Shown: positions 1 through 10,542, counted from the first letter of the stretch. The stretch: DNA of 64,000 bases from Andalucia godoyi And28 (GCA_009859145.1 VRVR01000013.1:86786-150785), one strand, 5' to 3'. Program-made: numbers and translations. Notes: a model not told the origin generated them from the letters alone.

Positions 1-539
1 ATTGCTCGCCGTCCGGAAATATGCACGGGATGCCAGTTTCCGTCGTTGCGCGCCTTGGATCGCTTCCCGAGGCGTTCAAATGGCTTGAGCACTATCCCGC
101 GCTGAATCTTAGCAGAATCGGCTACCTCGGGCTCCGCGATGTCGATGCGGGCGAAAGGGTCATTCTCGCAAACCACGGAGTCACTGCGTTCTCAGCATCC
201 GATATTGAAAAGGTGGGAATTGCAAATGCAGTGCAAAGCGTAATCGACGCATTGGATCCGAGTCACACGGCTCCCATTCACATTTCGTTCGACATCGATG
301 GTATCGATCCCATGGATGCACCGGCTACTGGAACGCCAGTCCGCGGCGGAATCACTGTGCGGGAGGCGAAATTGGCGATGGAGATGCTTGCACAGACGGG
401 ACGCGTCAGGAGCATGGATATGGTCGAGGTGAACCCGGACTTAAACTGGCTTGGGGAGCCCTCGAAAGAGGCTGTGGACAGGACTGTAGGCTGTGCAGCC
501 GAGATCGTCGCCGCAGCATTGGGAAGGTCTCCGCTGTGA
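1..539 (+). CDS. ARG: Arginase (ureohydrolase family), 5'-truncated by the window edge
   Basis: Frame is open from base 3 (CSPSGNMHGMPV, matching the arginase SxSGNxHGxP motif). Also carries IGYLGLRDVD, the metal-binding HISFDIDGIDP, PATGTPVRGG and DMVEVNP motifs. Confidence 0.95.
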   Translation, partial: CSPSGNMHGMPVSVVARLGSLPEAFKWLEHYPALNLSRIGYLGLRDVDAGERVILANHGVTAFSASDIEKVGIANAVQSVIDALDPSHTAPIHISFDIDGIDPMDAPATGTPVRGGITVREAKLAMEMLAQTGRVRSMDMVEVNPDLNWLGEPSKEAVDRTVGCAAEIVAAALGRSPL

Positions 540-766
540 GCAGGGACGACCTCGAGGCAGCCCTCAATAAGAACAGAAAAGAAAAAGAATGAAAAGAAGC
601 AGATCGATCGTCGACTCTAGTATTTGGAAAAAAAAGCGTTTAGTTTAGTTAGAGATTGTTTGTTTGCATGTGTGGTTTTCGTATCGTCCATAGCGTAAAA
701 GACATGTTTCCCGTGTGTTTTGCTTTCTCGTTCTTCACTGCCGTTTTTCAACACGTGCATCGTTTT

Positions 767-768
<2 letters not shown>

Positions 769-834
<66 letters not shown>
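769..834. repeat. (CT)n microsatellite
   Basis: Uninterrupted CT dinucleotide run in the intergenic spacer. Confidence 0.98.
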
Positions 835-837
<3 letters not shown>

Positions 838-1170
838 GTGCGCCCGTGTAAAAAACAGCGGAAACCGCACGGAACTAAACAGCAATGCAGGTTCCAGTGT
901 GGCTATCATAACGTCGAGAGAGTAAACGGAAACCTGTCCGGTGTTCAACCTCGCACAGGTTGAATTGCATCGCAGGAGGAGGTCGACTTGTATCCGGTGG
1001 AAGTAGCCTGTTGCTCTCATTTCTGATACATGGCGCATTCCAGGGGATCCCGCTGGCAACTCAACGTTTTTCTGGAAATCTTTGTTTTTTTATCTCACAA
1101 GTTTTGTGTATATGCCATCAACTGCAACAGTGCAAGGAAAAACAAACAATACAAATTTACGATATACACA

Positions 1171-1749
1171 ATGAACAACAACGATCTGCGTGATGGTTGC
1201 CAGCTTCTGACAGAAGATCACAACAAAGTCCGCGGTTTATTCCGAGAATACTGGGCAAAGAAGGGGTTCCAGGAGAAGCATGCAGTGTCCATGCAGATAT
1301 GCAGGGAACTTGCGATGCACGCCGCCGTTGAAGAGATGCACCTGTATCCGCTAGTGCGTTCAAAGTTGGGGGATGATCACGGTGCCGAGATGGCAGACGA
1401 TTCGCTGAAGGACCACATGGCTGTCAAAATGGCGTGCGACTCGATTGAGCGAGTGACACAGGACGAAGGTCTGCTAGATGATTGGATGAATGACTTGTGG
1501 AATGACTTTGAGAAACACTCCAAGGAAGAGGAAATGGAAATCTTCACTCGGCTTCGGATGGTCTGCACCCAAGGTGAGCTAATGTCGCTCAAGTCTAAGC
1601 TTGAATCTTCAAAGAAGCTTGCGCCAACCAAGGCCCATCCTTACATGCCGGACAAGCCTCCGATGAATCTCGTGACGGGACCAATCGCGGGAATTGCAGA
1701 CAGGGCTGTGGACGCAGCAAAAGGCATGTTCAGCAGCCGTGAGCAGTAA
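1171..1749 (+). CDS. Hemerythrin-like HHE cation-binding domain protein (192 aa from ATG 1171)
   Basis: LTEDHNKV, HAAVEEMHLYP, DHMAVK and HSKEEEMEIF give the repeated H..E/H..EE pattern. The C-terminal APTKAHPYMPDKPP tail resembles actinobacterial/fungal HHE proteins. Confidence 0.85.
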   Translation: MNNNDLRDGCQLLTEDHNKVRGLFREYWAKKGFQEKHAVSMQICRELAMHAAVEEMHLYPLVRSKLGDDHGAEMADDSLKDHMAVKMACDSIERVTQDEGLLDDWMNDLWNDFEKHSKEEEMEIFTRLRMVCTQGELMSLKSKLESSKKLAPTKAHPYMPDKPPMNLVTGPIAGIADRAVDAAKGMFSSREQ

Positions 1750-1959
1750 TAATGTGCTTGCACGTGCTCTCGAGCATCTTTTGTTGAACTCTCCGACACT
1801 GAATTGTATGATAAATAGGAGGATGATGAGACATCCGTGTCATCGCCAAGAAAGAAAAGAAAGAAAAAACTGGCATTTCATTGAAAACCAAACCAAAAAA
1901 ACAGCACTGTTAGAAAACTTGGGTGAGGGGGAACCATATTGTACGAAACCTCACCTTAA

Positions 1960-4900
1960 TCACCACCGATCTTCAACCGGCAGCACACGACTGGCATCTC
2001 GAGAAGTGCGCAGCGCGACAACCGATACATTTTGAGACGAAAAAAACCGATCCCGAATAGTGGACAACTGCTGGGACCGCGCTTCCCAGTTGCTCACTAC
2101 ATATCCACCCTTCCGACGCTCCCCCATAATTCCGACAGACGCAACCAACACAAGAAAGCGCGCAACGTACGCGACGCAGTGGTCGGGAACAAGCCACGTG
2201 CTCGACGGGCATGCCCCGTTTTCCACAATCGGAAGTCCGTACCGTTGTACCAACACCATCCGAACACGGTTCATGTCTGTCGCCGCGATCGGGTGTACGA
2301 GAACGTAAACATAGTGGAATTCTCCTGGAAGCATCGTGGACGGATCAAAATTCTCAAACAATGCGGAATGCTCCGTATAAATTACAGTGACAAAGTCATT
2401 TCCAATATGCCGACGTTTGTTGACATGCTGCAACGGTGACGACGAGGTCGACGAGTTCAGCGGCGCATACGACGCAGGCACGGTACGCGCATTATATCCA
2501 GCATTCGTGTGGTACTCCAGGGTGGGCATCATGGAAGTGACGTGGAAAACTAGCCGCGTCAACCGGCTCTCGTCGTCATACGCAAGCACATGATCTCCAT
2601 CTTCGGGCGTCAGTCCTGCGGTATATTCCCCCTTTTCGAGCATGCTGGACAGTTGACGAAATGTTCCCAGATTGGCCAGAAACCGTTCGTACCGGCCATT
2701 CTGAGAAGCCATTCGGTGTGCCAGAGACAACATCGGTGATTGTGGGCTGTCGGTCGGTGAATAGAGAGCAGACACCAACACCAAGCCGCATTTGAGGGTG
2801 TCGTACGGAACTGTCTTGTCGAGGACAGACACCGCTCTCGAAAATGCTTGGTCTTCGATACTGATTAAGAAGGGCACTTGGACGCACAACGGAACCACGA
2901 CTTCTAGATTCGTCGCAGCCAATATACAAGACAGAGTATCGACATCGAGAACCCCCCCGGTTTCTGAAGCCGACCTGGACCGAGACCCTGCGACATGGTG
3001 AGTGTGATTCGGAGATGTCGAGGGAGGAGAAGAGACATTCGGAGAACCTCCGGTTCTCGAGGGGAAATCATGACCGAAAACCGCAGACGATGAAGTACTG
3101 GCCACTGGCAACGACTGTCGAGGAATGTGAATCAGAACACGGCGCAAGCCGGTCGCCCGTCTCAGGGTTACTCGGAACAGCGTAGCAGGACGCAGAACTT
3201 CGATTGACAGCAGCACTGGAGGCATTGCCTTCGCAACCGCATGGTATTGGGTAACAAGCGGCGTATGACGGTGGACTCGAAGAAAATGGTCATCATCCAC
3301 GTGATCCCGGAGCTCACTCCATGAAACAGCGGCACCACTGCTTGGAGAACCGTCCTTAAAAAATGTGGCATCACTTAAAGACGGTGCATGATGGCTTGCC
3401 CGATGTTCTGCAAAGCTCCCGTCGCGTCTCTTGCGCTTCAGCTGCATCTGCAATTCAGTACGACATTCAAGAGACTCTGCAAATTCAAATAAAATCGGCT
3501 CCCTACTGCGATCGCTCTGGCGAAGAAAAGACATGACTCGCGAGGTACCTTCTGAACCGCATTTTGCGGCGATTCGAGACAAAAGTCGAGAGGCAATGAA
3601 TCTTTCGCCCTGCGACCCGCTGTCGCTCACGGAGCCGGAATCGCTAATCAGCCACGGAATCAGACAGTCGACAAGCTCTCGGACAACCGGAATAAGAACA
3701 AACGCGGGAAGATCAACGATGGAGGATAGCACAAGCGCGCAGCGTTGGGGAAGTGTTCCAGGAAGAAATGCAGCTGCGACAGTGATGTTAGCCAAAAACA
3801 AAAGACACGAAGTCATGAACGTGGTTGACAAGAAGTCGGCAGGAAGAAGGACAAACGCAATTGCCAAGCTCTCCAAAACCTCCATCAGATCGGCCACCGC
3901 CCCCTCTTGCAATGCTGCGGAGATGGCTGCAGAAAAGTCAAAAGACTTTGGCTTCGGAGATTCAGCGGTTTTGCCGATAAAGCGCTTCAACACCTGAGAG
4001 GAGTGCTCCATTTTCTCCGCAAGCCGGCGCAGCAGAGTGTCCTGGGTCTCCCCCTGCTTGTCTAGACGGGTGCGAGGTGAGACGACATAGGCCATCATCG
4101 CTGACAATACGTCGCATGGTACGTCGTGTCGATCCAAAATTTTTGAAACTAGCCGAGAGGCCCTCCACAGGAATCGCAGGGAGGCCACTCGCGCTTCCTT
4201 GAGCAGATCCGCCCATCCCTCATCCGCTTTGCATCCACAGCAATTCGAATCGCGGCAGGGCGTCGGGAGTAGATATTCATCCAATTCAGGATCCGATCGA
4301 CCCCACGCACGATCAAGAATGACAGAGCGGAAAGGAGAATGAGCGACGAGTCTAATCAACTCCATTTCTCGTTCAGAAAACCCAACTTCGCCGTTCGACG
4401 CATTGCGAGATGCAGCCTGTGAGATCTGTTCAACGGTTTCCAAAGACGCATGCGACCCACTCTTGCGGCCCATTCCAGCATGGGGATCGAGGCACATTCG
4501 CACAATCTCTGCAACTTCCCCGCTGCATGAAGCATTCTCGATAATTTTCCCAATTCGTTCCCAAAGACGGGTCCATTCCAATCTCTTAATCAGCACTTCT
4601 CGCGCGTCTCGTTCGACGCCTGGCCTGCAAAGCACAGCATCCATAATTTTCCGCTCCCATGCAGAAGAAAACTCAATTCTCAACGCGTCCCATGCAAGGC
4701 GAGCCGTCCACATCGACGACGTGCCGTGGTCGACCACGCAGCGAACGAGAGCATCCATGGGCCCCAGATACAGCCTCTGGAACGAATGCAACTCTCTGCA
4801 GATGAATTCCAACAGGTGAAGAGACAATCGGTGGGCTGGGAACAGCGAAAGAATGCTCGAGAGTACGGACAACATGTAACCCCATTCGGTATCAAGCAGC

Positions 4901-6072
4901 GCTGCGTGATATCCATCAATCAGCCTGTGGATGGCATGCACAACATCGTCCGCAACCACGGACGGCACTTGCCTGTAAGAACATAACAAAGAAAACGAGT
5001 GCAACGTCGACGAAAACGGAACATCTAGAGTTCGCAGTCGATGCGCGCCCCACGAGCTCCACGACAGAACAAGAACAGCCCCACGAACGACATCGAATGG
5101 AGTGTCCGATGAAGACACCAAAGTTCGCATTGCCGCATGAACATTCAACCCGTCTGGTCCTTCAAGGATGCTCTTGCATGTCCGCAACACGGACTGGATA
5201 GAAGCATCTGCTTTAACAACAGAAGAGCAGACTGCCTGAATCAGTCGCTCGGACGTGCTGCACGCAAAAATGCGAACCGCAGAACACATCGATCGCGACG
5301 AGATTAAGGATATCAGAGTCAGGGCACACGGATCTACGTTCTGATCGAGCACGAGACTTAGCGCATTCGCAAGAACAGCCAGATCGTCATCCGAAATGGC
5401 TACCGCGACCATCAGGTTTTCAACCACAAAGGCCATTGTCTTCATGACTCCAACGAGCAGTGCTGGATCCCCAATTTTTTCTAAATCGCAACAACAGCGG
5501 AGCACAGAAATGGACAGTTTCCAAGAAGTTCCCAAGCAAGTGTCACGTCGAGGAGTCTTCTTTGTTCCCACTCTGGACACCTCCTCTTTCAGGATGCTGA
5601 ACACCTTTCCAAAATCAATTGACCTTCGATGGTCCGAGACGATTCTGCTGCAAAAGGGTTCTAATTCTGCAGGAAACAGCAAGCTCCACCGCACGAGCGC
5701 GTAGATCATGGTCTCCGGATCCATCTCTACCGCGCTGCGCAGCACCGCGAAGAACTCTTGCAGAAACGCCTTGTAGTACGGAGCATTGTCAGGAGTAATT
5801 CTAGTAACCTCCAGTAATTCATCGCAGAATTGAGATATCACTCGCGGATGAAATGGATAAAGAACGGATGCTTGTCCACTGAGCACGTAGCCTTGATTAC
5901 TTGTTACGTTCAAACTCGAATTCGATGGCGGGACGGTCGGGGACACTGACACTGCCGAGATTGCTTTCAGAATGCTCCCCAATTCAGAATCAGCAAGACT
6001 TGTCCCGGGTGGACATGGGTAAAAGAGATATGGCGTAGGATTGCGGTTTCGCAAAACGTGCCTTTTTAACAT
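1960..6072 (-). CDS. TSC2: Tuberin/TSC2-like Rap/Ran-GAP domain protein
   Basis: 1370 aa with a helical N-terminus and a C-terminal RapGAP domain (YERFLANLG, YTAGL, LVFHVTSMMPT). The catalytic motif KRRHIGNDFV matches the TSC2-type GNDFV rather than RalGAP GNDEV. Confidence 0.85.
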   Translation of the reverse strand: MLKRHVLRNRNPTPYLFYPCPPGTSLADSELGSILKAISAVSVSPTVPPSNSSLNVTSNQGYVLSGQASVLYPFHPRVISQFCDELLEVTRITPDNAPYYKAFLQEFFAVLRSAVEMDPETMIYALVRWSLLFPAELEPFCSRIVSDHRRSIDFGKVFSILKEEVSRVGTKKTPRRDTCLGTSWKLSISVLRCCCDLEKIGDPALLVGVMKTMAFVVENLMVAVAISDDDLAVLANALSLVLDQNVDPCALTLISLISSRSMCSAVRIFACSTSERLIQAVCSSVVKADASIQSVLRTCKSILEGPDGLNVHAAMRTLVSSSDTPFDVVRGAVLVLSWSSWGAHRLRTLDVPFSSTLHSFSLLCSYRQVPSVVADDVVHAIHRLIDGYHAALLDTEWGYMLSVLSSILSLFPAHRLSLHLLEFICRELHSFQRLYLGPMDALVRCVVDHGTSSMWTARLAWDALRIEFSSAWERKIMDAVLCRPGVERDAREVLIKRLEWTRLWERIGKIIENASCSGEVAEIVRMCLDPHAGMGRKSGSHASLETVEQISQAASRNASNGEVGFSEREMELIRLVAHSPFRSVILDRAWGRSDPELDEYLLPTPCRDSNCCGCKADEGWADLLKEARVASLRFLWRASRLVSKILDRHDVPCDVLSAMMAYVVSPRTRLDKQGETQDTLLRRLAEKMEHSSQVLKRFIGKTAESPKPKSFDFSAAISAALQEGAVADLMEVLESLAIAFVLLPADFLSTTFMTSCLLFLANITVAAAFLPGTLPQRCALVLSSIVDLPAFVLIPVVRELVDCLIPWLISDSGSVSDSGSQGERFIASRLLSRIAAKCGSEGTSRVMSFLRQSDRSREPILFEFAESLECRTELQMQLKRKRRDGSFAEHRASHHAPSLSDATFFKDGSPSSGAAVSWSELRDHVDDDHFLRVHRHTPLVTQYHAVAKAMPPVLLSIEVLRPATLFRVTLRRATGLRRVLIHIPRQSLPVASTSSSAVFGHDFPSRTGGSPNVSSPPSTSPNHTHHVAGSRSRSASETGGVLDVDTLSCILAATNLEVVVPLCVQVPFLISIEDQAFSRAVSVLDKTVPYDTLKCGLVLVSALYSPTDSPQSPMLSLAHRMASQNGRYERFLANLGTFRQLSSMLEKGEYTAGLTPEDGDHVLAYDDESRLTRLVFHVTSMMPTLEYHTNAGYNARTVPASYAPLNSSTSSSPLQHVNKRRHIGNDFVTVIYTEHSALFENFDPSTMLPGEFHYVYVLVHPIAATDMNRVRMVLVQRYGLPIVENGACPSSTWLVPDHCVAYVARFLVLVASVGIMGERRKGGYVVSNWEARSQQLSTIRDRFFSSQNVSVVALRTSRDASRVLPVEDRW

Positions 6073-6141
6073 TAGTCAGCAAAAAATAAAGGATGTCTTT
6101 TCTTCTTATCTTTCTTTCCCCCGTTGGTATTTTTGTTATTC

Positions 6142-6183
<42 letters not shown>

Positions 6184-6197
6184 TTGTTGTTGTTGTT
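6142..6197. repeat. (GCT)n/(GTT)n trinucleotide microsatellite
   Basis: Direct reading of the sequence upstream of the TSC2 start codon. Confidence 0.95.
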
Positions 6198-6607
6198 ATC
6201 TTCTATTCCTCAACCCGCGCAGACACATTCAGATGAAACACGAAACAAAATAATGAAGAAACAACAGAAGAACACCACAGATTCGTATCGATAAAACGAC
6301 GGCACACAAGTTCTTGTTATTGTCGCGAGTCGCATCGGACTGTTATTTATATATTATTTTTCTCGTTTCTTCATATATATATTTTTTTTGGCTCAACGCG
6401 CCAATTTTCGCCTGAAAGGAAAACAATTAGTTTGCATCACTTGATACTTCCCCATCCGAAAACGGAACAAGAGGAAAAAACACGTTGGAACGTCCTGAAA
6501 TTCCAGACTTCAAAATACAAAAACCGGCTGCAGTACAGCCATATCGAGAGTTGCTGCAAAGGACAACGTGCAAGCGAAGAGCAGGTGTTGATTAATCCGC
6601 ACCATTC

Positions 6608-6608
<1 letters not shown>

Positions 6609-6674
<66 letters not shown>
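6609..6674. repeat. (AG)n microsatellite immediately upstream of ATG 6676
   Basis: AG run ending 1 nt before the ATG. Confidence 0.98.
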
Positions 6675-6675
<1 letters not shown>

Positions 6676-7437
6676 ATGACACGGCATAACTCGAAACAAG
6701 AAGAGCCGTTCAAATTAGGAAGCGATGCTCCGAGCTTCCAAACAAGCGCGCAAACGTCCTTTTCTGCGATTCCGGCCCAAGTGTACAAGGAAAACATCCA
6801 AGACCGTCATGAATTTCTCCGTGCAAAGAAGGATATCAAATCCCAAGTCATTGTTTCCTCCTCCAATCCGCGAGGCTCTGAAGCAGCCCTCAAGACCGAA
6901 ATGCACTCCTCCTTCACTCCATATCAGCCTCGAGAGGTGGATGCCAGTCGGGTGGACAAGCAGCTGCGGACGCAGAAAGCAAACGAATCGTCCGCGAAGA
7001 GTGCACAGTTGCTTTCGCAGAGCAATGAGAGAAGTTTTTCAACTACGCAAAAGGACATGTTTGCTCCCACAAGACCAGAGCAGCCGCAAAGAGCAGTGTA
7101 CAGCACCGTGTTTCGCCGCAATCCAATCACGGGGGAACTCGCAGGAAGCGCTTCTGTTGGTTCGGAGACCAGCAATCCATTCAGCAGAACGAACGCCCAA
7201 ATCACTCGATTTGCTGGGCTTTCGAGAGACAGAGCCACGGAAGAGAATGGTCTGATCAGCAGCTCGTTGCAGCAAACATGCGGCAGCATCCGCAACGGGA
7301 GCACACGCACAGTGAGTACTGGGCGTGCACGACCTGCAGACTTTCGAAATGGACCTGTTTCTGCAAACTGGAAGGCCGACGAATCACTGATGGATACCAT
7401 AAGGACTGGATATCACATTCCTATGAAGAAGCAGTGA
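6676..7437 (+). CDS. Hypothetical Ser/Thr-rich protein, possibly a ciliary microtubule-associated protein
   Basis: 253-aa ATG ORF between AT-rich spacers. Short motifs (FQTSAQTSF, FSTTQKDMF, RNPITGE) recall flagellar microtubule inner proteins; the function call is weak. Confidence 0.6.
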   Translation: MTRHNSKQEEPFKLGSDAPSFQTSAQTSFSAIPAQVYKENIQDRHEFLRAKKDIKSQVIVSSSNPRGSEAALKTEMHSSFTPYQPREVDASRVDKQLRTQKANESSAKSAQLLSQSNERSFSTTQKDMFAPTRPEQPQRAVYSTVFRRNPITGELAGSASVGSETSNPFSRTNAQITRFAGLSRDRATEENGLISSSLQQTCGSIRNGSTRTVSTGRARPADFRNGPVSANWKADESLMDTIRTGYHIPMKKQ

Positions 7438-7567
7438 ATAAATAAATAAATAAATTAATTAATTAAATAATAAATAAAAAAAGGGGGGACATCGTAAGCA
7501 GAACTCACTCTGATGGATAGCACAAATAGCTTGCCTGAGAGAGGCAACCTTTCCCGCTCTCTCGCAC

Positions 7568-8119
7568 CTACATGAGCTCCATCATGATATCCAAACAAGC
7601 TTCCTGCGCCTTGTTTACGAGAGACTGGTCCATGTTCTGCAATGCGCCACAGGTCCGCGCGAACCTTATCGTCTCTCGGATGCGGTCTACATGCTCGCCA
7701 ATATAGTCAAAGCGCAGATCCTTTAAAAATTGCCGAATCTCAGAGTTGTAATGAAGCAACTTTTTGTCGTATTTTGAAAAAACAGTCTCCAGAGAGCCGG
7801 TGTCTTCAAACAAGTCTTCGATTTCAGACTGCGAAAAACGCATTGGATCCAACTCGTCACAGCAAAGCTGCAGAATCTGTTCGAAACTCTTCAACGACTG
7901 CTCGCTGGCTTGTGTTTTCCGCACGAGTTCAGGATCTGCCATTCCGCCATGGTACACAACGTAAAAATTGAGAGCAAGTGCATTTGCATAATAGTTGATC
8001 TCAAACGGCTTCATCACAGATCGAGACTGATCTTGAAATCGCTGGAATCTCGGAAGCAGCTTTTGCAGAATTTCCACCGCAAGAGGCGACAATCCATCTT
8101 CCGTGTGCATCGACTCCAT
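7568..8119 (-). CDS. Hypothetical alpha-helical protein
   Basis: Open frame with first ATG at 8119 (MESMHTEDG). Amphipathic helical composition; fills the gap between convergent AT-rich ends. Confidence 0.65.
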   Translation of the reverse strand: MESMHTEDGLSPLAVEILQKLLPRFQRFQDQSRSVMKPFEINYYANALALNFYVVYHGGMADPELVRKTQASEQSLKSFEQILQLCCDELDPMRFSQSEIEDLFEDTGSLETVFSKYDKKLLHYNSEIRQFLKDLRFDYIGEHVDRIRETIRFARTCGALQNMDQSLVNKAQEACLDIMMELM

Positions 8120-8437
8120 CTTCCCCACTCGGACTCGCACTCTCTCTTTTGTGATGCCGATCGCATTAAAACGTGGCTTTCCCCCCTGCAGAACTGCGGG
8201 CACTGCAGTGTCGTCTCATCCACACCACACCACACAGAAGGGAGCTTTTTGCGTGTCTTTTATTATATTCTAGACTCAATTGAGTGCGGCTTTCTTTTTC
8301 AAAAGGGGAAAGAAAAGAAAACGCATTGCGGTGCAAAAGACGCTGGAGGTTTCCCCAAAAAGTGATGAAAGAACGAGGTGGCCGGTGGATTTAATAGCGA
8401 ACGGTATCTGCATCACGGGGAGTATTCGCATGTCGTA

Positions 8438-9943
8438 ATGTCGCGCAGTGCTGGGCCGTCTCTTGTTTCGTCGTTCGACAAGTGGAATGCAGTCCTGACG
8501 GACGATCTGAGCGCCTGGCAAATTCCTCTTGTCGACGCAATCATTATTCCTGCGCTGGAATTGCAATCATCAGACTATGTGCGAGATGCTTCTGCAGTTT
8601 CTAGCTCGTCTGTACAAACTGTTGATCGCGATTCAGCTCCGCTAGCAGTAAATCCGACCGTAAGACTGCCGGTTTCCGTTGCACTTCATAATTTACGTTA
8701 TGTGCAGCTTAATCACTGCGGTTTGAGCTCGCTCGGGAACGCCTTCTGCGATATTTGGTTTCTGCTTCTCCTCGATCTTTCGAACAACGAATTCACATCT
8801 TGTAAAGAGCTGGGCGCGGCGCTGGGCCACATGACAATTCTTGATTTTCGAGTACAAGGAAATCCTTTCGAAGACAGTCTGGATGACCGCAAGGCGGATG
8901 ATCTCCCGGCGAGATCGAATGAATTACCTCTTGCTGCGGTCGTTCGAAAAAGTCTTTTGCAATGCTTCCCATTCATATGGTGTTTGGACGGAATGTACAT
9001 ATTCCCGCAGGAACGTGGGCTCACGCCCATGGATGAAATCGAAGACACCTTTGAGCTGCATCTGGCTCCGCAACATGCACCGTTCTTCGATGAGTTTGCC
9101 CGATCACCTCCGCTGCTCCAAACTGCGCATCTGCATCGATTGGAGTACTTATTCAATGTCTACTACCCCGAAATGCAAGAAAAACGGAAACGATGGAACT
9201 TGACAGTGTTGCCATTCAAGAACGGAAAGCCGCACAAGCTCATGCCGCAAGAAGAAGCACCAATCTACCTGTCTGACTTGACCGAGCTGTCGTCGGCTGT
9301 GCAAATGCGCTTTGCCGCGATCATTCTCTTGTCCATATATTCATCGTTTGATGCGCAGTCGTTGCTTCCCTTGAAAAAACAGTGGTGTGAAGACATAGTG
9401 TCCATCTATCCGCCTTTCATCCGAATTGCCGTCGCCCTTCAGATTGAAAAACAAGCAAAAACGTTCAAAACCATTCGGTCCGTTTTCGACGGAGCGAATC
9501 AAACGAGAGCACTCGAAGTTCTTGCAGAATCGCACGGCATCCCAGGCCGCATTCCGACTGGTACAGTATTTCCGTACTATGACCGAATCGCACACATCTA
9601 CCGCAAAGTTCCAAAGACAATGGCATCACAAGCTGCACGCCAAGAGAAATCCGTTTCTTCTGCAGTTTCAGTCCAGTCGCCCGACGTTTCCCGTCAGGTC
9701 TTGTACAGAAGCAAGTCGCATGCTTCACCTCGCCGCGCAATCTCTGCGAGTCCGGACTTTGGTCGTCCTGTAGCAGCTGACCCTGTCCCTCGAGAGGGCG
9801 CTGCTTCACCGCGAAGTACGGGCGCCATCTCAAGTTATCCGTCCCGAAAGCACAAGCGTCCACTGAGCGCGTCGTTTGCAATGGATGTCCTCCGCCAACG
9901 GAACCGCGATGCATCGACTCATAACAAAAAAAGAAACAATTGA
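8438..9943 (+). CDS. Leucine-rich repeat protein (SDS22-like LRRs plus LRRcap), probably continuing into 9940-10485
   Basis: LRYVQLNHCGLSSL, LLLLDLSNNEFTS, ILDFRVQGNPF and the cap-like FPFIWCLDGMYI. First ATG at 8438. Confidence 0.8.
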   Translation: MSRSAGPSLVSSFDKWNAVLTDDLSAWQIPLVDAIIIPALELQSSDYVRDASAVSSSSVQTVDRDSAPLAVNPTVRLPVSVALHNLRYVQLNHCGLSSLGNAFCDIWFLLLLDLSNNEFTSCKELGAALGHMTILDFRVQGNPFEDSLDDRKADDLPARSNELPLAAVVRKSLLQCFPFIWCLDGMYIFPQERGLTPMDEIEDTFELHLAPQHAPFFDEFARSPPLLQTAHLHRLEYLFNVYYPEMQEKRKRWNLTVLPFKNGKPHKLMPQEEAPIYLSDLTELSSAVQMRFAAIILLSIYSSFDAQSLLPLKKQWCEDIVSIYPPFIRIAVALQIEKQAKTFKTIRSVFDGANQTRALEVLAESHGIPGRIPTGTVFPYYDRIAHIYRKVPKTMASQAARQEKSVSSAVSVQSPDVSRQVLYRSKSHASPRRAISASPDFGRPVAADPVPREGAASPRSTGAISSYPSRKHKRPLSASFAMDVLRQRNRDASTHNKKRNN

Positions 9944-10485
9944 AAATCACTGGCGCCTCAGCGTCACCGTTGCCGTTGCCGCCACCATCACCATCTCGCC
10001 ATCCTGTGCTGTCGAATCACGATCCTGCTTCCTGTACTCCGAAGTATCTTACAAGAAGCTCGTCACTGAAGGAGGTGGGCGAAGGAACCGCAACACGACG
10101 TGCGTCACCTCCTCTGATCTTTCGAGCGTCTGCCGAGTTTGTGCAGTCAGCCTCCAGAATGCAAGCGTCCGGCGGCTCAGTATTTCCGGAGATTCTTCGG
10201 TCCAGCATCTCAATCCAGTCCTATGAAAGGCGACCGGCAACTGCAAGAACACGAATCTGGGAGACTCTCGAAACACACTTGGACTTGCCAGAGTGCGCCT
10301 TTGCCGACGCTTCTACCGCATTTGGGCGAATGGAAAAGGCTGCGTGGAAACAAGACTCGTCTCCGAAAGCCATGCGGGTTGGCATCTCTCCCGCGGTGCT
10401 GTCACCTCGTACTCCCAAAACATACAAAGAGTATCGAAAGCACAGTCCTTGGTATCCGTTAGACCGCAAGAAGGTCCCGTTCTAA
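9940..10485 (+). CDS. Probable C-terminal continuation of the LRR protein in the -1 frame
   Basis: Same Ser/Pro/Arg-rich composition as the end of the upstream ORF. No ATG at its start; joins in frame if A7 at 9926-9932 is A8. Confidence 0.55.
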   Translation: MKITGASASPLPLPPPSPSRHPVLSNHDPASCTPKYLTRSSSLKEVGEGTATRRASPPLIFRASAEFVQSASRMQASGGSVFPEILRSSISIQSYERRPATARTRIWETLETHLDLPECAFADASTAFGRMEKAAWKQDSSPKAMRVGISPAVLSPRTPKTYKEYRKHSPWYPLDRKKVPF

Positions 10486-10542
10486 CAACCCAGCAAAAAA
10501 TGCATACATGTACATCATTCATCATTATGAGCATTCCGAGTA

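Noticed and set aside
885-910. CAGTGT (895-900) resembling an iron-responsive element upstream of the hemerythrin gene
   Set aside because: The flanks do not form the 5-bp upper stem and the bulged C is missing.
656-1059. ORFs containing SLSLSL or RERERE tracts (also near 6432-6797, 62210-62555 and 63647-63995)
   Set aside because: They are translations of dinucleotide microsatellites.
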